NCBI GenBank assembly: GCA_963662585.1
Contig: OY759729.1
Coordinates: 608,001 to 672,000 of the forward strand
From: Candidatus Cloacimonadales bacterium
Lineage (GTDB): Bacteria; Cloacimonadota; Cloacimonadia; Cloacimonadales; JAFGVF01
Length of the DNA: 64,000 nucleotides
Direction of reading: 5' to 3'
Shown here: piece after piece, positions 8,912 to 18,386 of the stretch
Numbering within the stretch: the first letter of the stretch is position 1
Layout: each line of letters begins with the position of its first letter
Position numbers and translations under genes: made by a program
The notes under the pieces: generated by a model
The model's input: only the letters and a program-made list of their open reading frames with translations
Told to the model about the DNA's origin: nothing
The model's database searches: none

Positions 8912-10468
8912 TTAATCTTCAATATAAGCTATCACACGATAGAAGTATTTTTCATAATTAAGGGCATAGTAATGAGTATAAGATGTGCCACTTGTAATAG
9001 TCTGAAGTACTCCACTCAAGAAATTAGGATCTCTACTCATGTCTATTCGATACTTAACATTAGATTCAGAAATATTTACTCCATTTACATCTAAGGTAAC
9101 AGGTAGCCAACTTATACGAGAATTATTCCAATTTCTTTGGATTGTTATTTGATCTGGTGGTAATGGATTTGAGTAAGCAATAGTTGGAGATGGTACAGTA
9201 AAGTAGTAAGTTTGTGATGCTGTCCCATTGTCATTGTTAGTAGTACCTTGACCACTACTAAGTACAGTATTATCATTGAGTTTTACTGTCCAAGTATTTT
9301 CTAATCCATATCCATCATTTTCATGATAAGTATAACTGTAATCCCCAGGAGCTAAATAATATGTTTTAATTCCTGTAAAACCAGAATTTAATGTTATTGT
9401 AGCACCTTTAAATGCTAGATAATTTATCCCATTGTTAGTTTTCCAACCATCGCCATAAGCATCTGACATATTAAAACTAACCTCAATATCACCATTATTA
9501 ACATTGTCCGGATATACTACAGAAACACCATAGTGAGTCATCCCGTAATATGTTCCCGCCCATGTCATTGTATCTGTTGAATAGTCCCAAGTGTTTTTTA
9601 TATAAATTGTTTGGTCAGAGGAGTTATAACCAAAAGCAACCATAGAATGTCCGGTAACATGAATCATCACAGGGCGGTTAGCATCAATTTCTGCCATAAA
9701 TTGCTCGAAAGTAAAGCCTAATGTGTTTCCTTCATAACCGAATATCTTCTGATTATAACAAGTTGTTACCTCATATCCACGAGATTCTATAAACTGGCGA
9801 AAACCAAAAGCACCGTCCTTTTGAGGAGTTTCACTGCTTTCACCCCAGGAAACATTATAGAGAGGAATACCTGCTGAATTAGTCCAAAAAGTAGTCATTC
9901 CGTCACTATTATTCCAATAAGATTGACTTGTACCCATAAAATCACCAGTACAATCTGCATATGTATGTTGAGTCCAGCCTCCTGTAACATAGGGGTCTGG
10001 GTTAGTAGATTCAGATTCAATCCAATAATCATCAACATGTCCATAAGAAACAAGACCGTCTATACCCTGATGTGTAGCACTTAGAGGACATTCCCCTTCT
10101 CCCCAAATCGAATTATTTAATGGCATTACCCCACCATTTGCAGGACCAGTGTACATGTTAGGAAAACTATTTCTATCATAATAGGCTGCAATCATAGCAG
10201 CTGAAGTTGCTGAACAACCATAGCTCCAATCAAAAGCTGGCATATCTTCGATTATAACAACATTCCGCTGATTTTTGAGAGTTTGAATATCAACAATATC
10301 TTTTCTTACATAATCTTTAGGTGGTCTTCCTCCAGGAACTTGTATAAGTTCATTTAAAGAGCCATCTTCAGCTATAATACTATCTACTACATACTCTTCT
10401 AATGAACCAAGAGCCAACATATTAACTAAAAGTATTGAAATAATAACTAATAACAAATATCTTTTCAT
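8912..10468 (-). CDS. Secreted C39-like cysteine peptidase with C-terminal beta-rich domains
   Basis: Signal peptide; catalytic-type motifs GCSATSAAM (Cys), GHSMVAFGY (His) and KNTWD; ends in YFYRVIA. Confidence 0.72.
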   Translation of the reverse strand: MKRYLLLVIISILLVNMLALGSLEEYVVDSIIAEDGSLNELIQVPGGRPPKDYVRKDIVDIQTLKNQRNVVIIEDMPAFDWSYGCSATSAAMIAAYYDRNSFPNMYTGPANGGVMPLNNSIWGEGECPLSATHQGIDGLVSYGHVDDYWIESESTNPDPYVTGGWTQHTYADCTGDFMGTSQSYWNNSDGMTTFWTNSAGIPLYNVSWGESSETPQKDGAFGFRQFIESRGYEVTTCYNQKIFGYEGNTLGFTFEQFMAEIDANRPVMIHVTGHSMVAFGYNSSDQTIYIKNTWDYSTDTMTWAGTYYGMTHYGVSVVYPDNVNNGDIEVSFNMSDAYGDGWKTNNGINYLAFKGATITLNSGFTGIKTYYLAPGDYSYTYHENDGYGLENTWTVKLNDNTVLSSGQGTTNNDNGTASQTYYFTVPSPTIAYSNPLPPDQITIQRNWNNSRISWLPVTLDVNGVNISESNVKYRIDMSRDPNFLSGVLQTITSGTSYTHYYALNYEKYFYRVIAYIED

Positions 10469-10662
10469 AAATATCTCCTATTACTTGACCTTTTTTATTT
10501 TTGTAAATCATAATTACTATTATAAAAAAAATGTGTCAATATAAATTCGTAAATGAAACTTCCTTTTTTCAACAAGAATAAAAAAAATATGCAGGGTTTT
10601 GAAATATCATCAGTCTTAAAGAGTGAATAAAGAAAATGATAACTTAACAAAAGGAGATAAAA

Positions 10663-11202
10663 ATGTTAAAGAAATCAATGTTAGTGTTAGCCATTATGGC
10701 ATTGTTAGTAGGAACTTTATTAGCTCAACCAATGAAGGTTGAAGGAAATGATGATTTAGGATATGGAAGAAACGGTATGATGAACTGGAATCATAAAATG
10801 ATGGGAGATAACAATCATCATAGAGCTTCCAGAGGTATGGGAATGGGAATGAATAATCATAAAGGTAACCATAAAATGATGAATATGGAACCAGGTAGAA
10901 TGATTCTTGCTATGTCAGAAGAATTAGAATTATCTGAAACTCAAATTGAAAACATTAAAGAGATACAAGTTAATTTCAAGAAGGCTTCTAACACCAAACA
11001 AGCTGAAATTGAGAATCTTCAAATCGACAAACGCGAGGCTATGCAAAATAAAGATTTTAAAACAGCTACTAAAGTAACAAAAAATCTCTTCAAAATCAAA
11101 GAAGAATTAGCTTTATCTAGAGTTTCAGCAATTGAAAACATCTATAGTAAGTTAACTGAAAGCCAAAAAGATTTACTAGAAACTAATTGTAAAATGAAAT
11201 AA
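10663..11202 (+). CDS. Spy/CpxP/ZraP-family periplasmic chaperone or metal-binding protein
   Basis: Signal peptide, Met/His/Gly-rich segment, and LELSETQ and LTESQ (LTxxQ) motifs. Confidence 0.8.
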   Translation: MLKKSMLVLAIMALLVGTLLAQPMKVEGNDDLGYGRNGMMNWNHKMMGDNNHHRASRGMGMGMNNHKGNHKMMNMEPGRMILAMSEELELSETQIENIKEIQVNFKKASNTKQAEIENLQIDKREAMQNKDFKTATKVTKNLFKIKEELALSRVSAIENIYSKLTESQKDLLETNCKMK

Positions 11203-11227
11203 ATATTTGAAACTACTCTCTCCAAAC

Positions 11228-11264
11228 AAAAAGAGGAATAACTTCGGTTGTTTCTCTTTTTTTT
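11228..11264. terminator. Bidirectional intrinsic terminator
   Basis: aaaaagaggaataac-ttcg-gttgtttctcttttt. Confidence 0.85.
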
Positions 11265-11297
11265 ATTAAAATGCTAATTAACGGATAGCAAAATACT

Positions 11298-12215
11298 TTA
11301 CTTTCCTTGGATTATCTCATCAATAACCCTCAAGAGATCTATTTCCTGTTGTTGTTTTTTTTCCACACTTCCTAACAATTGCAAGGGATTAACTAAATCT
11401 CTTAACCTACTAAGTAAGTACCAATTACTTGGCAATTTTCTACTTGCAAATGAATTATATGTTTCAACAAAAAGCTCTTTATCTTTCTCATTAAAACATT
11501 CCTGATACCTAAAGAATTGACCAATATCGGCAAGGGAATGTCCTTTGGTAGAATATTCCCAATCAACAATATAAATATCGTAAGTAGGGGTAATAATCAT
11601 ATTGGCAGGTCTAAAATCTGAGTGAATAAAACTGTTATAACTTGAGATTTGCTCAAACAAATGTCTATTTCTCTTTATGAATTTCCTGACATTATTTTCT
11701 CTTTCAATTCCTAGAATATTAAGAGTCTTTTTATTGCTAAGAAAATAGTCATACCACATTTCAAAAGGAGGTAAATCCATTTCTATTATAGAATTAAAAT
11801 TCTCAGGAGTAATAGAGTGAATCTTTGCTAAGCTTTCGGCTATTTTGCTGATTTCATTATTATTTATTTTACTTGAATTTAGGTGTTGAGAAAAATTAAT
11901 ACCTTCAATAAATTCATATATAAGGAAATATCTATTCTCTCTTTTTTTATAAGCTATGATTTTCGGAGAATTTATTAGTTTGGAGAGTTGCTTATTCAGT
12001 AGGAGTTCGTTTTGCATTAGAGCAGAATCATCAGTAGTAATTCTTAATAAGTATTTTCCCTGTCTTGTTAAAATTTCATAATTACTGTTTCTACAGCCTA
12101 TGGTGATTAATTTTAGTTCTAATATTTCCTTTCGTTTCCATTCAGGATAGATATCGAGAAAGTCACTTTTTGTAATTTGATAATAAGGATAAGAGCGTTC
12201 CCAGTTTAAATCCAT
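11298..12215 (-). CDS. Aminoglycoside phosphotransferase (APH)/choline kinase-like protein
   Basis: HSDFRPAN Brenner motif and VDWE. Confidence 0.85.
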   Translation of the reverse strand: MDLNWERSYPYYQITKSDFLDIYPEWKRKEILELKLITIGCRNSNYEILTRQGKYLLRITTDDSALMQNELLLNKQLSKLINSPKIIAYKKRENRYFLIYEFIEGINFSQHLNSSKINNNEISKIAESLAKIHSITPENFNSIIEMDLPPFEMWYDYFLSNKKTLNILGIERENNVRKFIKRNRHLFEQISSYNSFIHSDFRPANMIITPTYDIYIVDWEYSTKGHSLADIGQFFRYQECFNEKDKELFVETYNSFASRKLPSNWYLLSRLRDLVNPLQLLGSVEKKQQQEIDLLRVIDEIIQGK

Positions 12216-12234
12216 ATTTCCTACCTAATAAGTT

Positions 12235-12260
12235 AAAAGGCTGAGTTTCCCCAGCCCTTT
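12235..12260 (-). terminator. Intrinsic terminator after pckA
   Basis: aaaaggctg...cagcccttt hairpin. Confidence 0.6.
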
Positions 12261-12279
12261 ATTACTTTTAATTAATAAT

Positions 12280-14010
12280 TTATAAATGAACTTTTAGTGA
12301 TTTAAGCAAATCGGCTAATAGTTCTGACTTTGTATTAACATCTGATTTACGAATAAAGTCTATTCTTTGTTTGAATCTATCAGCAACAATTGATTTATAC
12401 TGTTCTATATTTTCTCTTTTTGCTGGATCATATCTATCATAATATCCAGGAAGGATTTTTTCAATAGATTCTCTAGTAGGAATTTGAGCACCATTAAGCA
12501 ATGGCCAATCTTCCCATTCGATTTGATCCATAAGAATTCCTGATTGAAGAGTTAAAGAAGTTGCTAAAGGTATCTTTTCTAAATCATCATCAGAAGATTT
12601 CCAGTAACCTATAGAGTTAAAGCAATAAACATCAGCTCCACCTTCAATAACATTGATAAAGGCTTTTACATCTTTCCATAATTCGTAAACACGGAAAGGA
12701 TTAGCAAATGGTTCAAAGACTAATTTATGCAATTCCTCTTCAGTAACATTTTCAGCTCTATTTCTCTTTGTCATGAGAGCAGTTCCCATCGAGACAGCAA
12801 GATGCTTATTAGTAAATCTAATTACTGGAGGAAGGATAGTATCTTTCATTAACCAAGCCAAAGCTTTAGGGAAGCTACATCTATTAACCCACTCGCCTAA
12901 TAAATCTCTATCAAAGAGTGCTCTTCCATTAGAATTTCTTAAATCTAAGCCAACTGGAGTTCTAACACCATCTATATCAATTATAGCATGATTCATAAGA
13001 GATAGGCAATACTTCCAATCTCGGTGATTAGGTTTTCTACTATCTGTTTTATCAAATAGACTTGGTTCCCAGACACGGCAAAGCTGTTCTTCAACATCAA
13101 TTTGGAAAGCATCATCATGTAGAACAACTTTTCCAAAACCCTTAGGAAGAGTTTCACAATTATCTTCACTATTAGTGTGAGAAGATTTACCTGTTCCTGA
13201 TAAGCCATAAAAAGCTATTGATCTCTTACCTAATTTATGATATTTATTATCTTCGCAGGTTGTGAAATCAATCTCTTTGATACCGCCATGACAAGCAGCC
13301 ATTCCTAAGCGCATACCAGAGGTCCAAGCCAAGGTTAAGGTGCCTTTTTTTCTCTCTCCAAAGTACTTCATACCAAAATTAAAGATAACATTCTCTTTTT
13401 CATCAACTAAAGCTAATTGGGGAGCACCCACATTATGATAGTAAGGATCGTTACTTTTCCAATCATTATAAGCAATAATAATAATGTCTTGAATAGGAAG
13501 TTCTTTACTTACTTTGTACTCTTTTTCTAAACATTCATAAGGTGTGAAGTTAGTTAACCAGTTAAACATATTGGCCGCGTCAGACTCAGTAGTAACATAG
13601 GTAGCTTTTATCATTAGATCTTTATCTAACCCGATGATAGCTTCACCCTTAATTAAGGTCTGTTGTTGCATATCAAAAATAGCTTCTCGTAAATCGCCTT
13701 CTACCTTGTTTCTTTCTGGTACATCTAATCTATGATAGAACTTTCTTGCTTTCGCAGTTCTACCGATTATTTTACCATGACAATCATTAAGAATTTTTGC
13801 GTGTTTAGGTAAACCGACCTTTTCCGCATATTCTTCGTAAATCAAGAAATCTGTTTCTGATACTCCAGGTTGCTTTATTGCTAATTCGTAAGCTTCAGCA
13901 ATAGTTACTTTTTTAACTTTTGAGTTATTAACCACAGTTTCAGCAAGAGCTCTAATTTTAGACATATCTTGCAAATTACTGTAATACTTCGCACTAGGTT
14001 TGCTAGCCAT
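12280..14010 (-). CDS. pckA: Phosphoenolpyruvate carboxykinase (ATP)
   Basis: YFGERKKG, CHGG, P-loop GLSGTGKS, LHDD and NGRA motifs. Confidence 0.88.
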   Translation of the reverse strand: MASKPSAKYYSNLQDMSKIRALAETVVNNSKVKKVTIAEAYELAIKQPGVSETDFLIYEEYAEKVGLPKHAKILNDCHGKIIGRTAKARKFYHRLDVPERNKVEGDLREAIFDMQQQTLIKGEAIIGLDKDLMIKATYVTTESDAANMFNWLTNFTPYECLEKEYKVSKELPIQDIIIIAYNDWKSNDPYYHNVGAPQLALVDEKENVIFNFGMKYFGERKKGTLTLAWTSGMRLGMAACHGGIKEIDFTTCEDNKYHKLGKRSIAFYGLSGTGKSSHTNSEDNCETLPKGFGKVVLHDDAFQIDVEEQLCRVWEPSLFDKTDSRKPNHRDWKYCLSLMNHAIIDIDGVRTPVGLDLRNSNGRALFDRDLLGEWVNRCSFPKALAWLMKDTILPPVIRFTNKHLAVSMGTALMTKRNRAENVTEEELHKLVFEPFANPFRVYELWKDVKAFINVIEGGADVYCFNSIGYWKSSDDDLEKIPLATSLTLQSGILMDQIEWEDWPLLNGAQIPTRESIEKILPGYYDRYDPAKRENIEQYKSIVADRFKQRIDFIRKSDVNTKSELLADLLKSLKVHL

Positions 14011-14227
14011 TGTTCCTCCCGAACTCTATTTAATTCTATTTTATTTCTTAAAGTAATATTTTATAAAATTAATCACAGGAGGCATTAAAAGCTTTTACAA
14101 AGGACTTGTCAAGCTTACAGAAAATTAAACTTAAAAATTAGCTTCTAATTAATTATTTAACAGTACATTAACAATTTTCTTATCCCAAGCTGTTTTTTTG
14201 AAAATCGTTAAAAGTTATGTTTTTTGC

Positions 14228-14266
14228 AAAAAAAAGAGGCCTACTTTTCTAAAAAAGTTAGACCTC
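14228..14266 (-). terminator. Intrinsic terminator after rpmA
   Basis: gaggcctactttt/aaaagttagacctc hairpin with a U-tract on the minus strand. Confidence 0.65.
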
Positions 14267-14285
14267 GAAATAATGACTTATTATT

Positions 14286-14540
14286 TTATGCAGGAACTAT
14301 GTTAATATATTTTCTGCCATTCTTTTTTGTAACAAATTGAACTTTACCTTCAGTAACAGCAAAGATAGTATGATCTTTACCAATACCTGTTCCATTACCA
14401 GGATGGAATTTTGTTCCTCTTTGTCTAACAATAATATTTCCTGAAATTACAAATTCATTTCCATATTTTTTGACACCGAGATATTGAGGACCACTATCTC
14501 TTCCGTTTCTACTAGATCCACCAGCTTTCTTATGAGCCAT
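14286..14540 (-). CDS. rpmA: 50S ribosomal protein L27
   Basis: [16 protein letters not shown]...[13 protein letters not shown]. Confidence 0.99.
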   Translation of the reverse strand: MAHKKAGGSSRNGRDSGPQYLGVKKYGNEFVISGNIIVRQRGTKFHPGNGTGIGKDHTIFAVTEGKVQFVTKKNGRKYINIVPA

Positions 14541-14549
14541 TTGTTCCTC

Positions 14550-14864
14550 CTATCTTTTAATCTCTTGAATTTTGATTTCGGTGAAATTTTGTCTATGGCC
14601 ATTTTTCTTTTTATAACCTTGTCTTCTTTTCTTTTTGAAGACGATTATTTTCTTATCTTTTTTATGACCTATAATTTCTGCAGTCACTACTGCACCATTA
14701 ACATTTGGTGTACCAAATGTAATATCATTCTCATCCCTAAGGACAAGTACTTCGTCTATGCTAACTATATCGCCAGCATTTTGATCAGCAAGGTAAGGCA
14801 CTTTTACGATAGCATCTTTTTCAACCTTAAACTGATATCCTTTAAAATGAACTATTGCGTACAT
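14550..14864 (-). CDS. rplU: 50S ribosomal protein L21
   Basis: MYAIV...QFKV...FKKKRRQGYKKKNGHRQNFT; directly upstream of rpmA. Confidence 0.99.
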   Translation of the reverse strand: MYAIVHFKGYQFKVEKDAIVKVPYLADQNAGDIVSIDEVLVLRDENDITFGTPNVNGAVVTAEIIGHKKDKKIIVFKKKRRQGYKKKNGHRQNFTEIKIQEIKR

Positions 14865-14927
14865 TTTTTCTCCTTTATTTATTATAAAATAAGTTCTTTT
14901 ACTATAAATTTATTTCTTAAAATCTTG

Positions 14928-16433
14928 TCAAGCACTATATTGATCTGTAATATCTTCTTTATCTTTTCCTTTATATACTCGGAAATCATGACGGTGCAGT
15001 TTGTCATTACTCACAAACTCTACCTTGAATTTATAATTTGAATAAATATAGTCAGGATGATCTAAAATAAAAGCTCTTATATCAGGATGAACTTCTACTC
15101 TTATCTGATCTTCTTTAATAAAATATTCTGCTCTATTTAACCAACGACTGATATTTACTAATACAGCGTCACAAGAAAGAATTCTTCCAGTACCAAAGCA
15201 ATAAGGACATGATTCTGAGTAGGAAGATATGATAGATGGACGAATTCTTTTACGAGTAATTTGAACTAATCCTAATGGTCCAAATGGGTAAGCTTTATTT
15301 CTTGCTCTATCTTTCTTTAATTCTCGTCTGAGAACATCTAAGACTTCTTCCCTACTCCTATCATCGCTCATATCTATAAAATCGATAATAATAATACCTG
15401 ATAAATCACGAAGCCTGATTTGTCTTGCAACTTCTTTGGCAGCCTCTTTATTAGTTTTAGTTATCGTATCTTCATATTTAGATTTTCCTGTGAAAGAACC
15501 GGTATTTACATCAATAGCAACCAGAGCTTCAGTTTGATCAATCTGAATATTTCCTCCGCTAGGGAGATAAGATTTTGAGTTAAAAATTGATTTAATCTTC
15601 TTTTCTATTCCAAAGGCATCAAAGATTGGAGTATCTTCGTTATACCACTCAATTCGACTGATTAAATCAGGAGCAATATCTGATATTTCACTTTTAATCT
15701 CTTTTAAGAAGTCAATATCATCAATAACCACTCTACTGACATCATCTCGAAAGAGATCGCGAATAAGAGTATTTTGAATTTTATTTTCATCAAAGATACA
15801 GACAGGAGGCTTAGAGTATTTAATCTGCTTATCAATAACTCTCCAACTCTTAGTCAAAGCTTTATATTCTGCTGTAAGTTCTTCATCAGTGCAACCTTCA
15901 GCCTCTGTTCTAACGATTAGTCCATGATCTTTCTCTTTCAAATCATAGAGAAAAGTTTTTAATCTCTTTTTCTCTTTGAATGATTGAATTTTTCTTGATA
16001 CTGATATTTTTGATTTATTGGGAAAGAAAACTAAGAACTTTCCAGGAATAGATATCTGTCCTGTCAAACGAGCACCTTTTTTATTAATAGGTCCTTTTTG
16101 AACTTGAACAATAATCTCCTGTCCAGAATGAAGATATTTTCCAATTTTAGATGAATCATTAGATTTATTGGTAACTTTCCCGTCACCTTCCACTTCATCT
16201 AAATAGTCTACAATTATATCACTATAATGCAAGAAAGCTGTTCTTTCTAAACCTAGATCAATAAAAGCGGCTCCCATACCAGGAAGTACATCTTTAACAA
16301 TTCCTTTGTAGATATTACCTACAATATTGGAGGTGTTAGGTTTCTCAACAATAAACTCTAAAAGTTTACCATTTTCTAATACTGCTATCCTTTTTTCTAA
16401 AGGAGTAACATTTGCTACTATTTCTAAATTCAT
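14928..16433 (-). CDS. rng: Ribonuclease E/G family (RNase G-like)
   Basis: GNIYKGIV..VLPGMGAAFID S1 domain; IDVNTG; RLRDLSGIIIIDFIDM; CPYCFGTG. Confidence 0.95.
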   Translation of the reverse strand: MNLEIVANVTPLEKRIAVLENGKLLEFIVEKPNTSNIVGNIYKGIVKDVLPGMGAAFIDLGLERTAFLHYSDIIVDYLDEVEGDGKVTNKSNDSSKIGKYLHSGQEIIVQVQKGPINKKGARLTGQISIPGKFLVFFPNKSKISVSRKIQSFKEKKRLKTFLYDLKEKDHGLIVRTEAEGCTDEELTAEYKALTKSWRVIDKQIKYSKPPVCIFDENKIQNTLIRDLFRDDVSRVVIDDIDFLKEIKSEISDIAPDLISRIEWYNEDTPIFDAFGIEKKIKSIFNSKSYLPSGGNIQIDQTEALVAIDVNTGSFTGKSKYEDTITKTNKEAAKEVARQIRLRDLSGIIIIDFIDMSDDRSREEVLDVLRRELKKDRARNKAYPFGPLGLVQITRKRIRPSIISSYSESCPYCFGTGRILSCDAVLVNISRWLNRAEYFIKEDQIRVEVHPDIRAFILDHPDYIYSNYKFKVEFVSNDKLHRHDFRVYKGKDKEDITDQYSA

Positions 16434-16463
16434 TGCAATCCTTTACACAGAATTACATCTCGA

Positions 16464-18197
16464 CTACTTTTCAAACTCCACAGGAAGAATAGTTTGGATA
16501 GGATGCTTTTCAAAGCTATCTAAAATTAACTTTTGTTGATAAAGTTCTTTAGAGGTTCCCTTGAATATCATACTTTTAAGTTCTGTCATACCAAATCTTT
16601 CGGTTAACATATACTGAAACAAGTCTTTTCTAACTGGGAAATTCTCTCTAACATAACTTTGAACATTTGCTAAGCGTGAGGCTTCAGTGATGGCATCTTT
16701 AAGAGAGCCAAGTTCATCAATCAAACCATTTTCTTGAGCTGAAAGTGCATCCCAAATTTGACCTTGGGCTACTTTTTCAATATCATCAAGAGTAGCAAAC
16801 TTACTTTCTCTACCTGTTTTAACAATCTTTTTAAAAGATTTATAGACAACATCAGCTGAGCCTTTTAGGGCTACTATTTGTTGTTCCGAAACACCGTTTA
16901 AGGTATTTAGCCAAGTACTTTTTTTACCGTATTCTAGTTTTTCGTGTTTTATGCCAATCTTATCTTGTAATTTCTTAGCATCAGGAACCATTTGAACTAC
17001 TCCAATGGAGCCTGTAATTGAGTAAGGGTCAGCAAATATCTTATCACTTGCCATGCTTATCATGTAACCACCTGAGGCAGCTACATCACCCATTGAAACT
17101 ACAACTGGCATTCTCTTGTTAAGTTTTTTTAAACTTTGTAAAATTTCTTCAGATTCTAAAGCACTACCACCTGGGCTATTAACTCTTAATACGCAAGCCT
17201 TGATTGACTTATCTTTTAAAATATCGTCCACTGCATCTTCTATCCAATCAGAAGAGAGTACTGAAAAGTCGCTATCTAAAGGCATAATACTGCCATTGAG
17301 ATATAAAACTGCTATTTTATCATATAATTTTTTATCTATATTGGATTTGAATCCCACAAGGTATTTCTGGTATTCAATCTCATTTTCAAATCTATTTTTT
17401 TCTTCTTTCATAAAAGCTGATTCGAAAGCTTTCTTTTGAACCATACTTGTCATTATGGCTTCATCAGGTTCTAAAAACATATAATTTTCATTGTTAATAA
17501 TGCTTTCCACAACAATTGAAGAAACTTTAAGTTGCTGTGATAATTGATTAACAAATTGTTCATATCTTGATTTTAGTATTCTATTTAAGTTTTCTTTAGT
17601 TTCTTCAGACATATAATCATGCGAGTATTGAGTGCCATAATCTTTATATTTTCCAGCACTAATAACATGCATTTCTATGCCTAATTTATCAAACATATTT
17701 TTATAATATGCCATATCAACGCCAAAGCCTTTGAGGAAGATACCAGCAGATGAGCTTTCTGAAATAGTAATTTCATCGGCTGTTGAGGCAAGCAACATAT
17801 CTGCATTTGAAGCCATAGTTAAATATGCTATAACGATTTTACCTGAACTCTTAAAATCTTCAATTGCATTTATCACTTCATTAAGAGAAGCATAACCCAA
17901 AATAGCCATTTGAGGCTTTAGAAGGATTCCGTCGATTCGAGAATCTGTTTTAGCTTTTTTGATAGCATCTACTATATCGAAAACTGTATTTTGATTATTA
18001 AAAAATTGATTATTAGAAAAACGCGAATATTCAGTAACAGGACCTTGAATAGAAATAGTTAACAGAGAATTGTCTTTGATAGTAACTAAATCTTTAGAAG
18101 AGATTTTGGATATACCGTAAATAATTCCACCAAAAACCACCATTAATATCAGTATTGATGTTAAACATCCAAATCCGTAATAAGCACCTTTTTTCAT
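16464..18197 (-). CDS. sppA: Signal peptide peptidase SppA (67K type)
   Basis: LRVNSPGGS, SMGDVAASGGY and TGSIGV motifs; tandem S49 domains. Confidence 0.95.
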   Translation of the reverse strand: MKKGAYYGFGCLTSILILMVVFGGIIYGISKISSKDLVTIKDNSLLTISIQGPVTEYSRFSNNQFFNNQNTVFDIVDAIKKAKTDSRIDGILLKPQMAILGYASLNEVINAIEDFKSSGKIVIAYLTMASNADMLLASTADEITISESSSAGIFLKGFGVDMAYYKNMFDKLGIEMHVISAGKYKDYGTQYSHDYMSEETKENLNRILKSRYEQFVNQLSQQLKVSSIVVESIINNENYMFLEPDEAIMTSMVQKKAFESAFMKEEKNRFENEIEYQKYLVGFKSNIDKKLYDKIAVLYLNGSIMPLDSDFSVLSSDWIEDAVDDILKDKSIKACVLRVNSPGGSALESEEILQSLKKLNKRMPVVVSMGDVAASGGYMISMASDKIFADPYSITGSIGVVQMVPDAKKLQDKIGIKHEKLEYGKKSTWLNTLNGVSEQQIVALKGSADVVYKSFKKIVKTGRESKFATLDDIEKVAQGQIWDALSAQENGLIDELGSLKDAITEASRLANVQSYVRENFPVRKDLFQYMLTERFGMTELKSMIFKGTSKELYQQKLILDSFEKHPIQTILPVEFEK

Positions 18198-18341
18198 CTA
18201 TTTCTCCTAAACAAAAATTTGATTTTAATATATTTATTTTTTCCTAAATCTACTAAAATATTATTAATTACAATGTCAAGTAATAAATAAACTTTTATTG
18301 AATGATAGGCTGATACTTATTAGATATGTAATAACAAAAGC

Positions 18342-18366
18342 AAAAAGCCCTGCAATGCAGGGCTTT
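18342..18366 (-). terminator. Intrinsic terminator
   Basis: aaaaagccctgca-a-tgcagggcttt, a perfect stem. Confidence 0.85.
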
Positions 18367-18386
18367 AAGATATAGTTTAAGAAAGA

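Noticed and set aside
11298..12215. Aminoglycoside resistance gene
   Set aside because: Only the generic APH/choline kinase fold motifs are visible; the substrate cannot be assigned.
14286..14864. rplU-rpmA lacking an intervening prp protease gene
   Set aside because: L27 has no N-terminal extension, so this is the normal arrangement outside Firmicutes-like lineages.
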